Positions 48,024-57,904 are shown, counted from the stretch's first letter. The stretch: DNA of 64,000 nt from Candidatus Woesearchaeota archaeon (GCA_016188265.1 JACPID010000021.1:15051-79050), one strand, 5' to 3'. Numbers and translations: made by a program. The notes: generated by a model not told the origin, from the letters alone.

Positions 48024-49514
48024 ATGATGAAACTAAAGTTTGCAAGACATGGGAGTTTTGTCTTGGTTTTTTTTGGGATTATTTTAATAAGCGGATGCGT
48101 GCAGGTTCCACAAGTACAGCAGCAGAATGCGACAAGCATAACTGATCAGCGGGCGCTGCAGAAAAATGAAATTAATACACCAGATCAACCTACGTTTCGG
48201 CTCGAAGTTCCAGATGGCGCTTTGCCAACAGGCGTGTCGGCTGAAGATATAAGCATGAAACTTGTTGATATTAAGGAAATTCCTGAAAAGTGGCGTTGGC
48301 TGAACGGCGACAGTGCATTCAGATTAGAACCAGACGGCATTGAATTCAAAGAACAGGTAACTGTTACCATCACAGCTCCTGCCCAAGACGGAACTATCCC
48401 GCGCCTTTATCTTGTCAGCGGAGAAAATGCAGAAGAACTTAAAGACGTTCAGGTTAGTTTTAATCCAGTTGAACAAATAGTTACTGCTGTGGCAAAACTT
48501 TCGCACTTTAGTACTATAATTTACCGCAAAAAGGCTTCTGTTAAAACAGTTCTTGAAAGAGGGGCTTCTGATGATAGTTCCTCTGCCAAAGCATATTTCA
48601 AAGAATGCCTGGAAACATTCAAAATCATGGAAGAGCTTTGCCAAAAGTACGAGAACTGGCATGTAGACCACACGGTTTCAGTTACGGACTTTATACGCAA
48701 GCAGCAAAATTCTTACGAAGATGTTCGTAGTGGGCTGAATAATAAGTGTGGAAGAAGAGCCGGCGACATCTATCCACTGCACATAACCTCAAAACATTTA
48801 ATAGGAGCAAAGTCCGCTTCTGATTCTGCGCACCCTGATAAAACTGTGAATGTAGAAGTGACCTGTAAGTCAAGCTGCTTTGGCTGGAAATGCCCTGCTG
48901 GTGAAGAAGAGCTTGAGAAGAACTTTACTTGCAAGGCTGGCACGTTCAAACCAGAGGAATGCATTTTAAAATGCCAGACGGGCAAGTGCTTTCCTGACAG
49001 GACACAATTTGATTGCCACGTATGCAGCGAGTGTAAGAGTGGGACTCCGACATTCCGCTGTAAAACAGACTGCGAGCAGAGAGGGAGTGGGGTGTGCAAG
49101 CAGGTAAGCACAACTCCAGACTGCTCTGTCTGCTGCACTCCGAAATGGAGCTGTACTGCATTCTCACCGAGCCCTTGCCCAGCTTCAGGCATGCAGACGC
49201 GAACATGTAAAGACACCAACAACTGCGGAACAACTTCAGGCAAACCTGCAGAGTCGCAGAGTTGCACACCTCCACCAACTTGTGATACTGGTGCTTTAGG
49301 ATCGTGCTTATCTAAAAATTGTATCTCAATATATGGTCCTGGAGGTTCTGCTAACTGCCCGGAAAAGTGCAAAATTAATGATGTATATGATAATAACTGT
49401 ATTACTAACCAGTGTAACATACCGTATCAAAACTGTATTGCTGCCTGCCACACTAGCAATCCTCCTTGCACGCTAAATGAAGTTTATGCATTACTACAAA
49501 CGATAAGCAGCTGA
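48024..49514 (+). CDS. Cys-rich lipoprotein; coding GC visibly above window background
   Basis: Lipobox LISGC. The C-terminal 250 aa carry more than 35 Cys in EGF-like spacing. Codon GC is elevated (cgggcgctgcag, gcggcgacagtg). Confidence 0.4.
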   Translation: MMKLKFARHGSFVLVFFGIILISGCVQVPQVQQQNATSITDQRALQKNEINTPDQPTFRLEVPDGALPTGVSAEDISMKLVDIKEIPEKWRWLNGDSAFRLEPDGIEFKEQVTVTITAPAQDGTIPRLYLVSGENAEELKDVQVSFNPVEQIVTAVAKLSHFSTIIYRKKASVKTVLERGASDDSSSAKAYFKECLETFKIMEELCQKYENWHVDHTVSVTDFIRKQQNSYEDVRSGLNNKCGRRAGDIYPLHITSKHLIGAKSASDSAHPDKTVNVEVTCKSSCFGWKCPAGEEELEKNFTCKAGTFKPEECILKCQTGKCFPDRTQFDCHVCSECKSGTPTFRCKTDCEQRGSGVCKQVSTTPDCSVCCTPKWSCTAFSPSPCPASGMQTRTCKDTNNCGTTSGKPAESQSCTPPPTCDTGALGSCLSKNCISIYGPGGSANCPEKCKINDVYDNNCITNQCNIPYQNCIAACHTSNPPCTLNEVYALLQTISS

Positions 49515-49520
49515 GGAATA

Positions 49521-49658
49521 GAAAAAGACAAAAGTAACACATAAAATAGTTTGTCTTTTTCAATCTATAGTAAATGACGTAATTATTTATACAAAATTGT
49601 CATTTAGTATATTTGCCAGGCATAACAATTTGTATAATTATTTATGTCCTCAACTAGA
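49521..49658 (+). repeat. Modular intergenic repeat R1, copy C (hairpin1 + middle module, hairpin2 5' half deleted)
   Basis: gaaaaagacaaaagtaacacataaaatagtttgtctttttc, then the middle module, ending ...tttatgtcctcaactaga. Confidence 0.7.
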
Positions 49659-49700
49659 AGTGCAGAAGATTTATAAAATATTAAAAAATAACGTCACTCT

Positions 49701-50459
49701 ATGAAAGTAGTACTTTTGGGGATATTATTGTTTACTATTTTACTTGCTGCATGTAATTCAAATAGTATTCCAATATACGAAATAGGCCCTTCAATTGATG
49801 AATTAGAACCAGTAGTTAAAGTTGAAGTTCAAGAAATACCAGTTGATCTGTGTAAAGATGTAAGTTGTGACAGTAATCAAGTATGTGAAAACGGCCAATG
49901 TGTGTGTAGTGCTGATTACAAACAGTGCAGTAATCAATGTATTGAAAAAAATCAATGTTGTTCAGCAAAAGATTGCAGCAAATATCAAAAATGTGAAAAA
50001 GGTGTTTGTGTTAATGTTAATAAATGCTTTTTTGGCCAAGTATGGAATGTAAACAGCAACAAATGCGAGTGTGCGCCTGATGCTTTTTTTTGTTCAAGAC
50101 AGAATCGATGCATTCCAATAGGAAGCTGTTGCAGTATAAAAGATTGTTCTGGTGAAGGATTTATAGGATCTCAATGCAAACCTACATTATTTTTACCACG
50201 CGTCTGCGCAGGTACAGAAAAATCAGAACAATGCAAGTATGCAACAGAGGGTCTAAGAACCAGTTTTTCAACATTAAACTATTCTTTGGATGTGTATATT
50301 CAAAATGCTTATGAAGACAATAGTTTGGATGTTAAAGTTGTTTTTAATAATAAAGAAAGACTAATTTCAAATCTAGCATCTGGTGAGCTTGTATTTTTAG
50401 ATTATTCTGTTTTCTTACGTGTTGACAATCTTAAATACTCTGGCGGACAATGCAGTTAA
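49701..50459 (+). CDS. secreted Cys-rich repeat protein
   Basis: Signal peptide and repeated CxxxQC / QCCSAKDCS / SCCSIKDCS modules. Confidence 0.4.
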   Translation: MKVVLLGILLFTILLAACNSNSIPIYEIGPSIDELEPVVKVEVQEIPVDLCKDVSCDSNQVCENGQCVCSADYKQCSNQCIEKNQCCSAKDCSKYQKCEKGVCVNVNKCFFGQVWNVNSNKCECAPDAFFCSRQNRCIPIGSCCSIKDCSGEGFIGSQCKPTLFLPRVCAGTEKSEQCKYATEGLRTSFSTLNYSLDVYIQNAYEDNSLDVKVVFNNKERLISNLASGELVFLDYSVFLRVDNLKYSGGQCS

Positions 50460-50469
50460 CAGCGCTTGT

Positions 50470-51396
50470 TTAAAACTTATTTGCCCAATTTTGAATATCA
50501 GTTATATCTTTTTCAGAAATTTTTTGTGTGTTTTGTTCAACCAATTGTTCGAGAGCTGAAATTCCTTCATCAAAAGATATTGTTTTAGATATCATTAGTT
50601 TTATAATATAAAAATCCTCTCGCCAGTTTAGTTGCTCTAAACAATTTTTAATACAATGAAAAGTGTTTTTATCTTTAGGGTTTTGTTTTATTATAATAAT
50701 ATAATCTTTCAATGCTGATAAATATCTTGATTGTTTATAATGAATATTAGCGCGAGTATTGTGAGCAAACTTGTTATTGGGTGCTTTTTCAATAAAATTA
50801 TCTAAAAACTTAAGTGCAGAATAAAACTCCTCTAAATTACAATGCGCAGCTCCAATATTATATAATGCCATATCAAAATCTGGTTTAAGCTTCAAAACTT
50901 GTTCAAAACACTTGATTGATTCTTTATATTCTTTTAAATTAAACAATATTAAGCCTTTGTGAAAATAAATATTTGGATTATCTTTAGAAAAAAACAATGC
51001 TTTATCTATGCTTTCTAAAGATTTAACATAATCATTTTTACTGCCTAAACTAGTATAGCATAATGCTTTTTTATAATACGACTCTGAAAATCCCGAATTA
51101 AGAAAAATCGCCCTATTAAAAAAATTAATTGCTTCACTGTATTTTTCTTGCGAATACAAAATACATCCTTTTAAGTAAGTTGAGTAATAGTACGAAGGAT
51201 CAAGATCAATCATTTTATTCAAGATAGCCAAACATTGATTATAATCAGATATTTTATAAGCAGCATTATACTCTTTTTTCAGCATATTAATATTTTTTTT
51301 AGGTGAGCGAAAAGAATTTTTAGCTCTTGCGCAAACATATTTTTTTTTAAACGCTAATAATTCAATTAAGTAGTTTATTAATGAAATTAATTTCAT
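50470..51396 (-). CDS. TPR-repeat protein with N-terminal hydrophobic segment
   Basis: Multiple 34-aa TPR-like repeats (YYKKALCYTSLG, YFHKGLILFNLKEY, LYNIGAAHCNLEEF). Confidence 0.55.
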   Translation of the reverse strand: MKLISLINYLIELLAFKKKYVCARAKNSFRSPKKNINMLKKEYNAAYKISDYNQCLAILNKMIDLDPSYYYSTYLKGCILYSQEKYSEAINFFNRAIFLNSGFSESYYKKALCYTSLGSKNDYVKSLESIDKALFFSKDNPNIYFHKGLILFNLKEYKESIKCFEQVLKLKPDFDMALYNIGAAHCNLEEFYSALKFLDNFIEKAPNNKFAHNTRANIHYKQSRYLSALKDYIIIIKQNPKDKNTFHCIKNCLEQLNWREDFYIIKLMISKTISFDEGISALEQLVEQNTQKISEKDITDIQNWANKF

Positions 51397-51422
51397 GCTA
51401 AAATTGTGCTACAAAATTTCTA

Positions 51423-52328
51423 TTAGTAGCTATTATGACTCTTTGTTGTTTTTTCATTATTGATAATCCAGCTATAATCATTTTCATCAAGGAATTTTTT
51501 AATGCCTTCAATATGCAGCAATAAACTGGTTTTTGTTGGAAGAGTCATTACTGCAACAGATATTAATCCAACAAGTTTGCCATCTGCTGTAATAACAGGA
51601 CCTCCGCTCATGCCTTGAACTTCAGTAAGGTCAACATCAAGATAATTATCATCAGAAGAAATATTAGGATCTCCTAAACTTCTCACATACCCCCTGGTAA
51701 CATCAAGAAGTAAGCGTCTTTTTAATTTGTCAAAATCAGGCATAACTCTGTAGCCTGCGCCAATAATTGGTTGTCCAGCATAAATTTCATCTTTATTTGC
51801 AAAAAATTCAAGTATGTTGTGCTGTTCTGATTCTGCAACTGCTAATTTAAACAATGCATGATCTTTATCATCATGTGCAAGAACTTCCAAAGGTTTGCCC
51901 TTAACACCTACAAGTTCATCAGAATAATAACCTGCTTTATCAAGTAATTGAGGGTAAATCTCAACTTCTTTTCTATATCTTTTCTTGCCTGATTCAGCTA
52001 TTACTTCTTCACGTGTTCCAAAAAAAATATGCGCAGCAGATAACAAATATAATTCCCCGTCTTTATATGCAAGACCAACAGCGCTTCCCTGATATAAATT
52101 TTCTTCACTAAGCCTAGCCAATTCTTTCCAAATTTTTTCTTCTTCAGAATACTCTTCAAGAATAGTGTGGACAACTTCTTTATTTATTACACAATATGTC
52201 ATACCAGTTAGTTTTTTAATAGTCTCTTGTTCACTTGATTGTACAATAAGAGATTCAAGAGCAGTAGCGCGTGATTCTTGAAAACTACTGCATACTGCTA
52301 GTGCTGTTGCTAAAATTATTTTTTTCAT
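51423..52328 (-). CDS. secreted trypsin-like serine protease (S1 family)
   Basis: Signal peptide and the triad His (SAAHIF), Asp (DHALFKL), Ser (GMSGGPV). Confidence 0.65.
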   Translation of the reverse strand: MKKIILATALAVCSSFQESRATALESLIVQSSEQETIKKLTGMTYCVINKEVVHTILEEYSEEEKIWKELARLSEENLYQGSAVGLAYKDGELYLLSAAHIFFGTREEVIAESGKKRYRKEVEIYPQLLDKAGYYSDELVGVKGKPLEVLAHDDKDHALFKLAVAESEQHNILEFFANKDEIYAGQPIIGAGYRVMPDFDKLKRRLLLDVTRGYVRSLGDPNISSDDNYLDVDLTEVQGMSGGPVITADGKLVGLISVAVMTLPTKTSLLLHIEGIKKFLDENDYSWIINNEKTTKSHNSY

Positions 52329-53407
52329 TCTAAATGAGGGATATATATGTATGAATATCCTTCTTTTCTTAAAAATTCTTGAATCAATCTTGGGTGAACA
52401 AATCCATTCATATTTTCACCACTTGTAACACCTAAGCGCGAAAGCCCTGCAAAAGAATAATATTGAACAATATTATCTCCTTCAAAAACTTCTTTTGTTG
52501 CTACAAAAACAGGGCCTCCGCTATTTCCAGGACTAACTGGTGCTGTTCCGAAAAAGAAGTTATCAGGATTCTCTTTTCTTATGCCAATTATTGAAGAAAT
52601 CTCTCCTGAACTTACTTGGCGTGAAAATCCTAAAGGAAATCCTACAACTGCAATTTTTTGCCCTTCTTTCAAGTTATTATACTTCAGCCAGTTGCTATTC
52701 CATGCCGGATACCGTGCTAAATGATCAATATACCTTTTCTTAGTGCGATAATTTTCATCAAATTTTAACAAAGCTATATCATCATTTTTAATCCAGTCTT
52801 TTGAATCAATATCAATACCCGTATGAGCAATTTCACGCATTGGAAATAATTCAAAATCTTTGACATCATATCCTTCAAGAACTTCACTAATAACCACACC
52901 AATTTCTTTTTTCACCAGACTTGCTTTGTTAAAAAGATTCATATACTTATTTAAGTCTTTTAATGTAAAAAAATTAAATTGAGCGCCATTATCTCTTTGA
53001 TAACTTCCAAAATACCTCCCATTTTCTGATCTTCCATTAAGTGAAAATCCAAAAACCATCATTTCTTTTGGAGGCTCAACAACATGGTCGCAAGTTAGCA
53101 TAAAAACATTTCTTTCTTCTAAATTAGAATAAACAACTATGCCTGAACCTGATCCATAGAATTCTATTTGTTCTTTAGAAATTTGTCTTGTTTGTGGATT
53201 TATTAATTCAAATTCATAAGTTGCTTTGCAAACAACTTGATGAGTTGCCTTAAGAATATCATCTATACTATTCTGGGAGGTGCTGTGTTGATTATAATAA
53301 ATACAGTTTTTATCAAGCTTTTTTAAGCCTAAACCATACCCTGTGCCAAATCCTATGCTTAAAGCTGTGCATAATGCAAGAGCTTTTTTTGGTGTTTTTT
53401 TATTCAT
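52325..53407 (-). CDS. secreted trypsin-like serine protease (S1 family)
   Basis: Signal peptide and the triad His (LTCDHVV), Asp (DDIALLKF), Ser (GNSGGPVF). Confidence 0.65.
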   Translation of the reverse strand: MNKKTPKKALALCTALSIGFGTGYGLGLKKLDKNCIYYNQHSTSQNSIDDILKATHQVVCKATYEFELINPQTRQISKEQIEFYGSGSGIVVYSNLEERNVFMLTCDHVVEPPKEMMVFGFSLNGRSENGRYFGSYQRDNGAQFNFFTLKDLNKYMNLFNKASLVKKEIGVVISEVLEGYDVKDFELFPMREIAHTGIDIDSKDWIKNDDIALLKFDENYRTKKRYIDHLARYPAWNSNWLKYNNLKEGQKIAVVGFPLGFSRQVSSGEISSIIGIRKENPDNFFFGTAPVSPGNSGGPVFVATKEVFEGDNIVQYYSFAGLSRLGVTSGENMNGFVHPRLIQEFLRKEGYSYIYIPHLE

Positions 53408-53450
53408 TAATAATCCGCCTCTATTTTGTTTTTTTTTTATTTGTCATTTT

Positions 53451-53705
53451 TTATGGTAAAAAGCGAACAGAGCTACTCTGGCGCTTAACTCCTAACTGTT
53501 TGCGTATCCATTGATCTGTTTCTTTAAATGATTTTAAAGGGAAATTTTGTTTTAAAACAAGCTTTTTTTTTAAAATAGCAACCTGAGAATGTTCTTTTCT
53601 AAAAAGTTCACATTGAGTGCAGCATAATTTTTCTTGAATATATCTATCATGTACAACTCCAAAGTGCCCGCATCCTTTCATAACAAGTGTTAAAAATTTC
53701 TCCAC
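53451..53705 (-). CDS. small Cys/His-containing protein (possible Zn-binding)
   Basis: GCGHFGVVHD...CCTQC, 84 aa. Confidence 0.3.
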   Translation of the reverse strand: MEKFLTLVMKGCGHFGVVHDRYIQEKLCCTQCELFRKEHSQVAILKKKLVLKQNFPLKSFKETDQWIRKQLGVKRQSSSVRFLP

Positions 53706-54001
53706 GGCATTCCTCCATCATGTTTTTTATCAAATTCTTGTTTTTGCTGTTCTAAAAACAAGTCAAGCGCTTCTTCATTTACAAAAGTATAATCTTTAAT
53801 ACAGGTTTTTTTAAGTGTTAACAAATCAACAACGAGCGCTGAAAACGAATAATGCTTATTTTCAGGCAACTTTTCTGATTTAAGTATAACAAAATAGTTT
53901 TCATATTTTTTTGATTCAAATTTTATAATAAAATTTTTTGTTTTCTCAAACTCAGCAAATTCAGTATGCCATGGTTCTGTATAGGGAACATACATTATCA
54001 T
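53690..54001 (-). CDS. hypothetical protein
   Basis: 103 aa; start overlaps the AAA gene stop. Confidence 0.3.
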   Translation of the reverse strand: MIMYVPYTEPWHTEFAEFEKTKNFIIKFESKKYENYFVILKSEKLPENKHYSFSALVVDLLTLKKTCIKDYTFVNEEALDLFLEQQKQEFDKKHDGGMPWRNF

Positions 54002-54951
54002 TATTCTTCACTCTTTTGCTGTTTATTCTTTTTTAATAGTTCGCCAAATCCAACAGTTCTTTCTTGTTTTTTTCTTTCAAGTTTATACATTTCAAGTTGA
54101 TCCAAAATATCCTGCATAATTATACTGCTAGAGTTAGAAACTAGTTCTTCAACTGATAAATTGTTTTTCACAAGCGCATCATAAGCATTGCAAGTCTTCT
54201 GCCAGCAGGATCGCCTAACAACTTCTGCAATATCCGAGCCTGAAAAGCCTTCGCTTTCTTTAGCTAAAATAGCATAATTAATATTTTTACTAAAAGGTTT
54301 TTTAATTGATTTTTTTCTAAAATTATTGAGATGAATTTTAAATATTTCAATTTTGTCATTATAATCTGGAGGCGGAACTTTTATAATAATATCAAAACGC
54401 CCTGGACGAACAATTGCTGAATCAAGAATTTTTAAAAGATTTGTTGATGCAACAACATATATATTTTCACGTGATTTCAGCCCGTCTAAATAGGTATTAA
54501 GTGTTGCAACAACTTTATTATCTTCTCTAGTATCATAACGAATTTGTCTGCTTGCTGCAATGCTGTCAAATTCATCAAAATACATTATACAAGTTCCACT
54601 CCTTTTAGTCATTCTTTTTGCTGTTTCAAATTTATCTCTTAAATTATTTGCAGTTTCATTAACCCACATACTACCAATATCAGAACATTTTACATCCATA
54701 AAGTATGCATCGCATTCATTGGCTAAAGCTTTTGCAAGCAATGTTTTTCCATTGCCAGGACTGCCATATAAAAGAATGCCTCTAGGAGGATTAGCTCCAT
54801 ATAAAGAACTTATTTCAGGATTTTTAATAAACAAGCTTAGTTTTTTAAGCTCTTCTTTAGCTTTTCTACAACCACCAACATTATCAAAATATATAAGATC
54901 TTCAATAGCTTTATCTTTTGCTTTAACTGCTAAAGCTTTGGTGGTTGGCAT
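54001..54951 (-). CDS. classical AAA family ATPase, single AAA module, no N-domain
   Basis: Walker A GSPGNGKT, Walker B IMYFDEFD, and the second region of homology TNLLKILDSAIVRPGRFD. Confidence 0.8.
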   Translation of the reverse strand: MPTTKALAVKAKDKAIEDLIYFDNVGGCRKAKEELKKLSLFIKNPEISSLYGANPPRGILLYGSPGNGKTLLAKALANECDAYFMDVKCSDIGSMWVNETANNLRDKFETAKRMTKRSGTCIMYFDEFDSIAASRQIRYDTREDNKVVATLNTYLDGLKSRENIYVVASTNLLKILDSAIVRPGRFDIIIKVPPPDYNDKIEIFKIHLNNFRKKSIKKPFSKNINYAILAKESEGFSGSDIAEVVRRSCWQKTCNAYDALVKNNLSVEELVSNSSSIIMQDILDQLEMYKLERKKQERTVGFGELLKKNKQQKSEE

Positions 54952-54970
54952 TTATTTTTCACATCTTAAT

Positions 54971-57517
54971 TTATTTCTTTTTTTTGCTCAAAGATTCTAA
55001 AAAATGATCTAATACATATTCCCATCTGCCATATTTTTTATTATCATCATAATAAAAGTTTGTAATGCCTCTTAAACTTGGAACTACACCAACAGTATCT
55101 TCAAATTTATGCGGTGGTTGCATTGTTGTACATGCTGTTATGAATGATCCATTGGAATATCCTGCCATTGGAACATGCCAGTGGCCAAATGAAACATGAT
55201 CATACTTCATTGCAGCATCTAATAAATGCTTCATGGCGCCATAAATAACATCGCTTGAGCCTTTTTTAAAATGGTGCATTGCATAAAATGTTTTATTTCC
55301 AATTCTCAACCCGCCGCTGCCATTCTCTGCTCCAGGATCATCATATATGTGGACTCTTTTTTCCTCATGATACTCAAGAGGTAAAAGAAGCGATAAATCG
55401 CGCGATTCATCCCATTTTTTGCTTGTGCCATTATAATGATTTCCTGAAACAAAAACAATATGTGATTGTTTTCTTTTTTCAAGAATTTCTTCAATATAAG
55501 GAGTAAAGCACCATTTAAATTGTTCTAATTGTTTGCTCATATGCGTTATTGGTATTCCTGCTTGAATTTCTAAAGTCAATTGCGCTAAGATAACTGATTT
55601 TTCTTTGTCAGATAATAAAGGATTGTTGAGTATTTGTTCAGTGCGCCCCTTTGTTTTAAAAGGAACATCTGATAAATATTCACCATTTGAGTTAAAGGTT
55701 CTATCCAGAATTCCGTGAAGATTATCGCCTCCAAACCAAAGTATATCTGGCAGTTTTGTTGAGCGCTGATATTCTTGAACTAAATCAACAAGCTGATAAT
55801 TACTTAGTTTGCCAGGAGTGTTTGGAGCGCCAAGATGTGTATCGCTTGTGTACTCAACTTTTGTTAAATTAAGTTTTATTTTTTCTTCGAATGTTTTTAT
55901 TTCTTTTTTATATTTTTTTCGTTCTTCTTTATCTTTTGTGCTTTTTAATTCTGCAAGTTTTGCATCTATTTCTTGTTTTAGTTTCCCAAAGACAACAAGC
56001 TGCTCAAAAGGAATAAACTCAACAACATCTCTTCCATCTTTATAGCGAGTATGTATTACTGCGCCTGAAGCAAATATCTTTTCATCCCATCGCTTTGTAT
56101 GCCAATTTCTTATTCTTTTCTGTTCGCAATCTAAAAGTTTTTGAGGATCATGAAATGTTGGAAGATGCAGATAATCTACAATCTCTCTTTGAGGCTCTGC
56201 TTCATTTTCTAAAGTTGATTCACGATATTTTGGTGCAGGCATGTGTTCAAAACCTGTTGCTCCGTGCGTTGCAATAAGAATATCTCCTACAGGCAGATTT
56301 GTAAGATTGCGTAAATGATTATGTTTTTGCAGTTCAGGAATTGATTTTTTTGATAAATTATCTGATCTAAAACTTACATTATGAAACACAATAAATCTCA
56401 AGCCTTTGGTATTTATCTGCCCTGGCTTTAAATATATTTCGTTCTCAATATTTTCACTTTTGCCTGGATTTTTTAATTTTTTTTCATCAAAATCTCTTTG
56501 AAATTTGGCATGTGGAATAAATCTTTTATTTGGATCTATTGAAAGAAGCGCATTTTGGTATTGTTTTTTTGCTTTGTAAAAAAATAATTCACGTTCTACA
56601 GTTGTTAAGCTATATCTTCCTGTAAATCTAGTAACCCCCATATGTGCTAGTTTATTTTTAACCTCTGCCAAACGGTTTTCAGCTTCACATAATTCTCTTT
56701 TGCTGCTTTCAAAATGTTCTTCATTTTTTTTTACTTCTTTTTCTAATAAAGCTAATTTATCAGAAAGATTTTTTTTGGCTTTTTTGCCGTATAATGCTTG
56801 CACATAATCAACAAAAGCTATTTCTGCTTCTTTTGGAAGTTTTTTAATATTATCTGCTTGTTCCAAACAAAATTTTTTAACACAATCCTCGAGTGTGTTT
56901 CCACTAGAATCTTCATTTAATTTTTTCAATAGATCATATTCTGTTCTAAGCCAGTTAAGATCTATATTGATTTTGTTTGTTTTTTTTTCAAGTTTGTCTT
57001 TTTGTTCTTCAAATTTAGGCTTATCAAAACTAAGCTTAATTAATAACTTTTCAGCATCTGCAATATGTTTTACATCTTCTTCGCCAGGAATGTAATGAAA
57101 AGGCGCATTTGGCACTACATCAAGTAATTTTTTAATTTCTCTTCTAGCAACATTTAATGCATCTTCCAAAGAAGTAATTTTTTTCTTAATATTTTTCTCA
57201 AAATATTCTTCTGATTTTTTATCCTTAAAATTATTAAGTAATTCTTGAGGGCTGTCTTCTTCTTTTAAAAGATCATTGCCAACAAAACTCATTTCCCTTG
57301 CATTTTGAGGTGTTAATTCTCTAGGAATATAAGGAACAATCCCCCCATTAATAAGAACCATATCAAGATCTTTTCCTAAATTATTTTTTTCAAGAAAAAA
57401 AGCAAGTCCATCTGTAGCAAGAGGTTCATATACTTTTGTGCCGCATCCAAATTCTCCGACTGCAAGATACTTGATTAATTTTTCATTATTTGTCATTTGT
57501 TTGCAGTTTCTTGCCAA
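54971..57517 (-). CDS. 848-aa protein with tandem calcineurin-like phosphoesterase modules split by a long coiled coil
   Basis: C-terminal module has all motifs: DTHLG, GGDNLHG, GNHYNG and GHWH. N-terminal module is degenerate (VGEFGCG, LINGG, HNVSF, THGATGFEH). Residues ~130-330 are K/E-rich coiled coil. Confidence 0.5.
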   Translation of the reverse strand: MARNCKQMTNNEKLIKYLAVGEFGCGTKVYEPLATDGLAFFLEKNNLGKDLDMVLINGGIVPYIPRELTPQNAREMSFVGNDLLKEEDSPQELLNNFKDKKSEEYFEKNIKKKITSLEDALNVARREIKKLLDVVPNAPFHYIPGEEDVKHIADAEKLLIKLSFDKPKFEEQKDKLEKKTNKINIDLNWLRTEYDLLKKLNEDSSGNTLEDCVKKFCLEQADNIKKLPKEAEIAFVDYVQALYGKKAKKNLSDKLALLEKEVKKNEEHFESSKRELCEAENRLAEVKNKLAHMGVTRFTGRYSLTTVERELFFYKAKKQYQNALLSIDPNKRFIPHAKFQRDFDEKKLKNPGKSENIENEIYLKPGQINTKGLRFIVFHNVSFRSDNLSKKSIPELQKHNHLRNLTNLPVGDILIATHGATGFEHMPAPKYRESTLENEAEPQREIVDYLHLPTFHDPQKLLDCEQKRIRNWHTKRWDEKIFASGAVIHTRYKDGRDVVEFIPFEQLVVFGKLKQEIDAKLAELKSTKDKEERKKYKKEIKTFEEKIKLNLTKVEYTSDTHLGAPNTPGKLSNYQLVDLVQEYQRSTKLPDILWFGGDNLHGILDRTFNSNGEYLSDVPFKTKGRTEQILNNPLLSDKEKSVILAQLTLEIQAGIPITHMSKQLEQFKWCFTPYIEEILEKRKQSHIVFVSGNHYNGTSKKWDESRDLSLLLPLEYHEEKRVHIYDDPGAENGSGGLRIGNKTFYAMHHFKKGSSDVIYGAMKHLLDAAMKYDHVSFGHWHVPMAGYSNGSFITACTTMQPPHKFEDTVGVVPSLRGITNFYYDDNKKYGRWEYVLDHFLESLSKKKK

Positions 57518-57900
57518 GCAATGTCTCCGTTTTTTTCACGATACGCAATAACAGTTCTACAGTTTACACCCAAATGTTCTTTTAAATAATGTTTTGCATC
57601 AAATAATTGCTCCATTGCGCGTTCAAGACGCTTTTGTGAACAGCCTGATTTAACTTCAACAAGTATCCACTCAAGATAATTGTTGTATTTTCCATTTTTG
57701 TCAGCTTTTTCTGCTAAAAATAATAAATCAGGTATGCGAATCAAGTGATCTCCATCCCTGTATAATGCAACTTCTTCAGTTGCCACGTAAACATTTCTTA
57801 TACCAATGAGCGACGGCTGTTTTTTGATCTGTTGTTTTAATTCATCATGTTTTTGAGCAGTGCCACCCATTTTTTTATGAGTTAGATGAGATGTCACCAT
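57493..57900 (-). CDS. hjc: Holliday junction resolvase Hjc-like PD-(D/E)xK nuclease
   Basis: GTAQKHDEL... IPDLLFLA ... EWILVEVKSG parallels the Hjc motifs (KGxxxEREL, PDLVA, IEVK). Confidence 0.5.
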   Translation of the reverse strand: MVTSHLTHKKMGGTAQKHDELKQQIKKQPSLIGIRNVYVATEEVALYRDGDHLIRIPDLLFLAEKADKNGKYNNYLEWILVEVKSGCSQKRLERAMEQLFDAKHYLKEHLGVNCRTVIAYREKNGDIAWQETANK

Positions 57901-57904
57901 AAAG

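Noticed and set aside
48185-49420. Cluster of minus-strand ORFs (48185..48373, 48324..48671, 48770..49420, 48946..49278) inside the Cys-rich lipoprotein gene
   Set aside because: They are antisense to a long plus-strand ORF that has a signal peptide and domain-like structure. Their abundance is a side effect of the locally high GC content removing stop codons.
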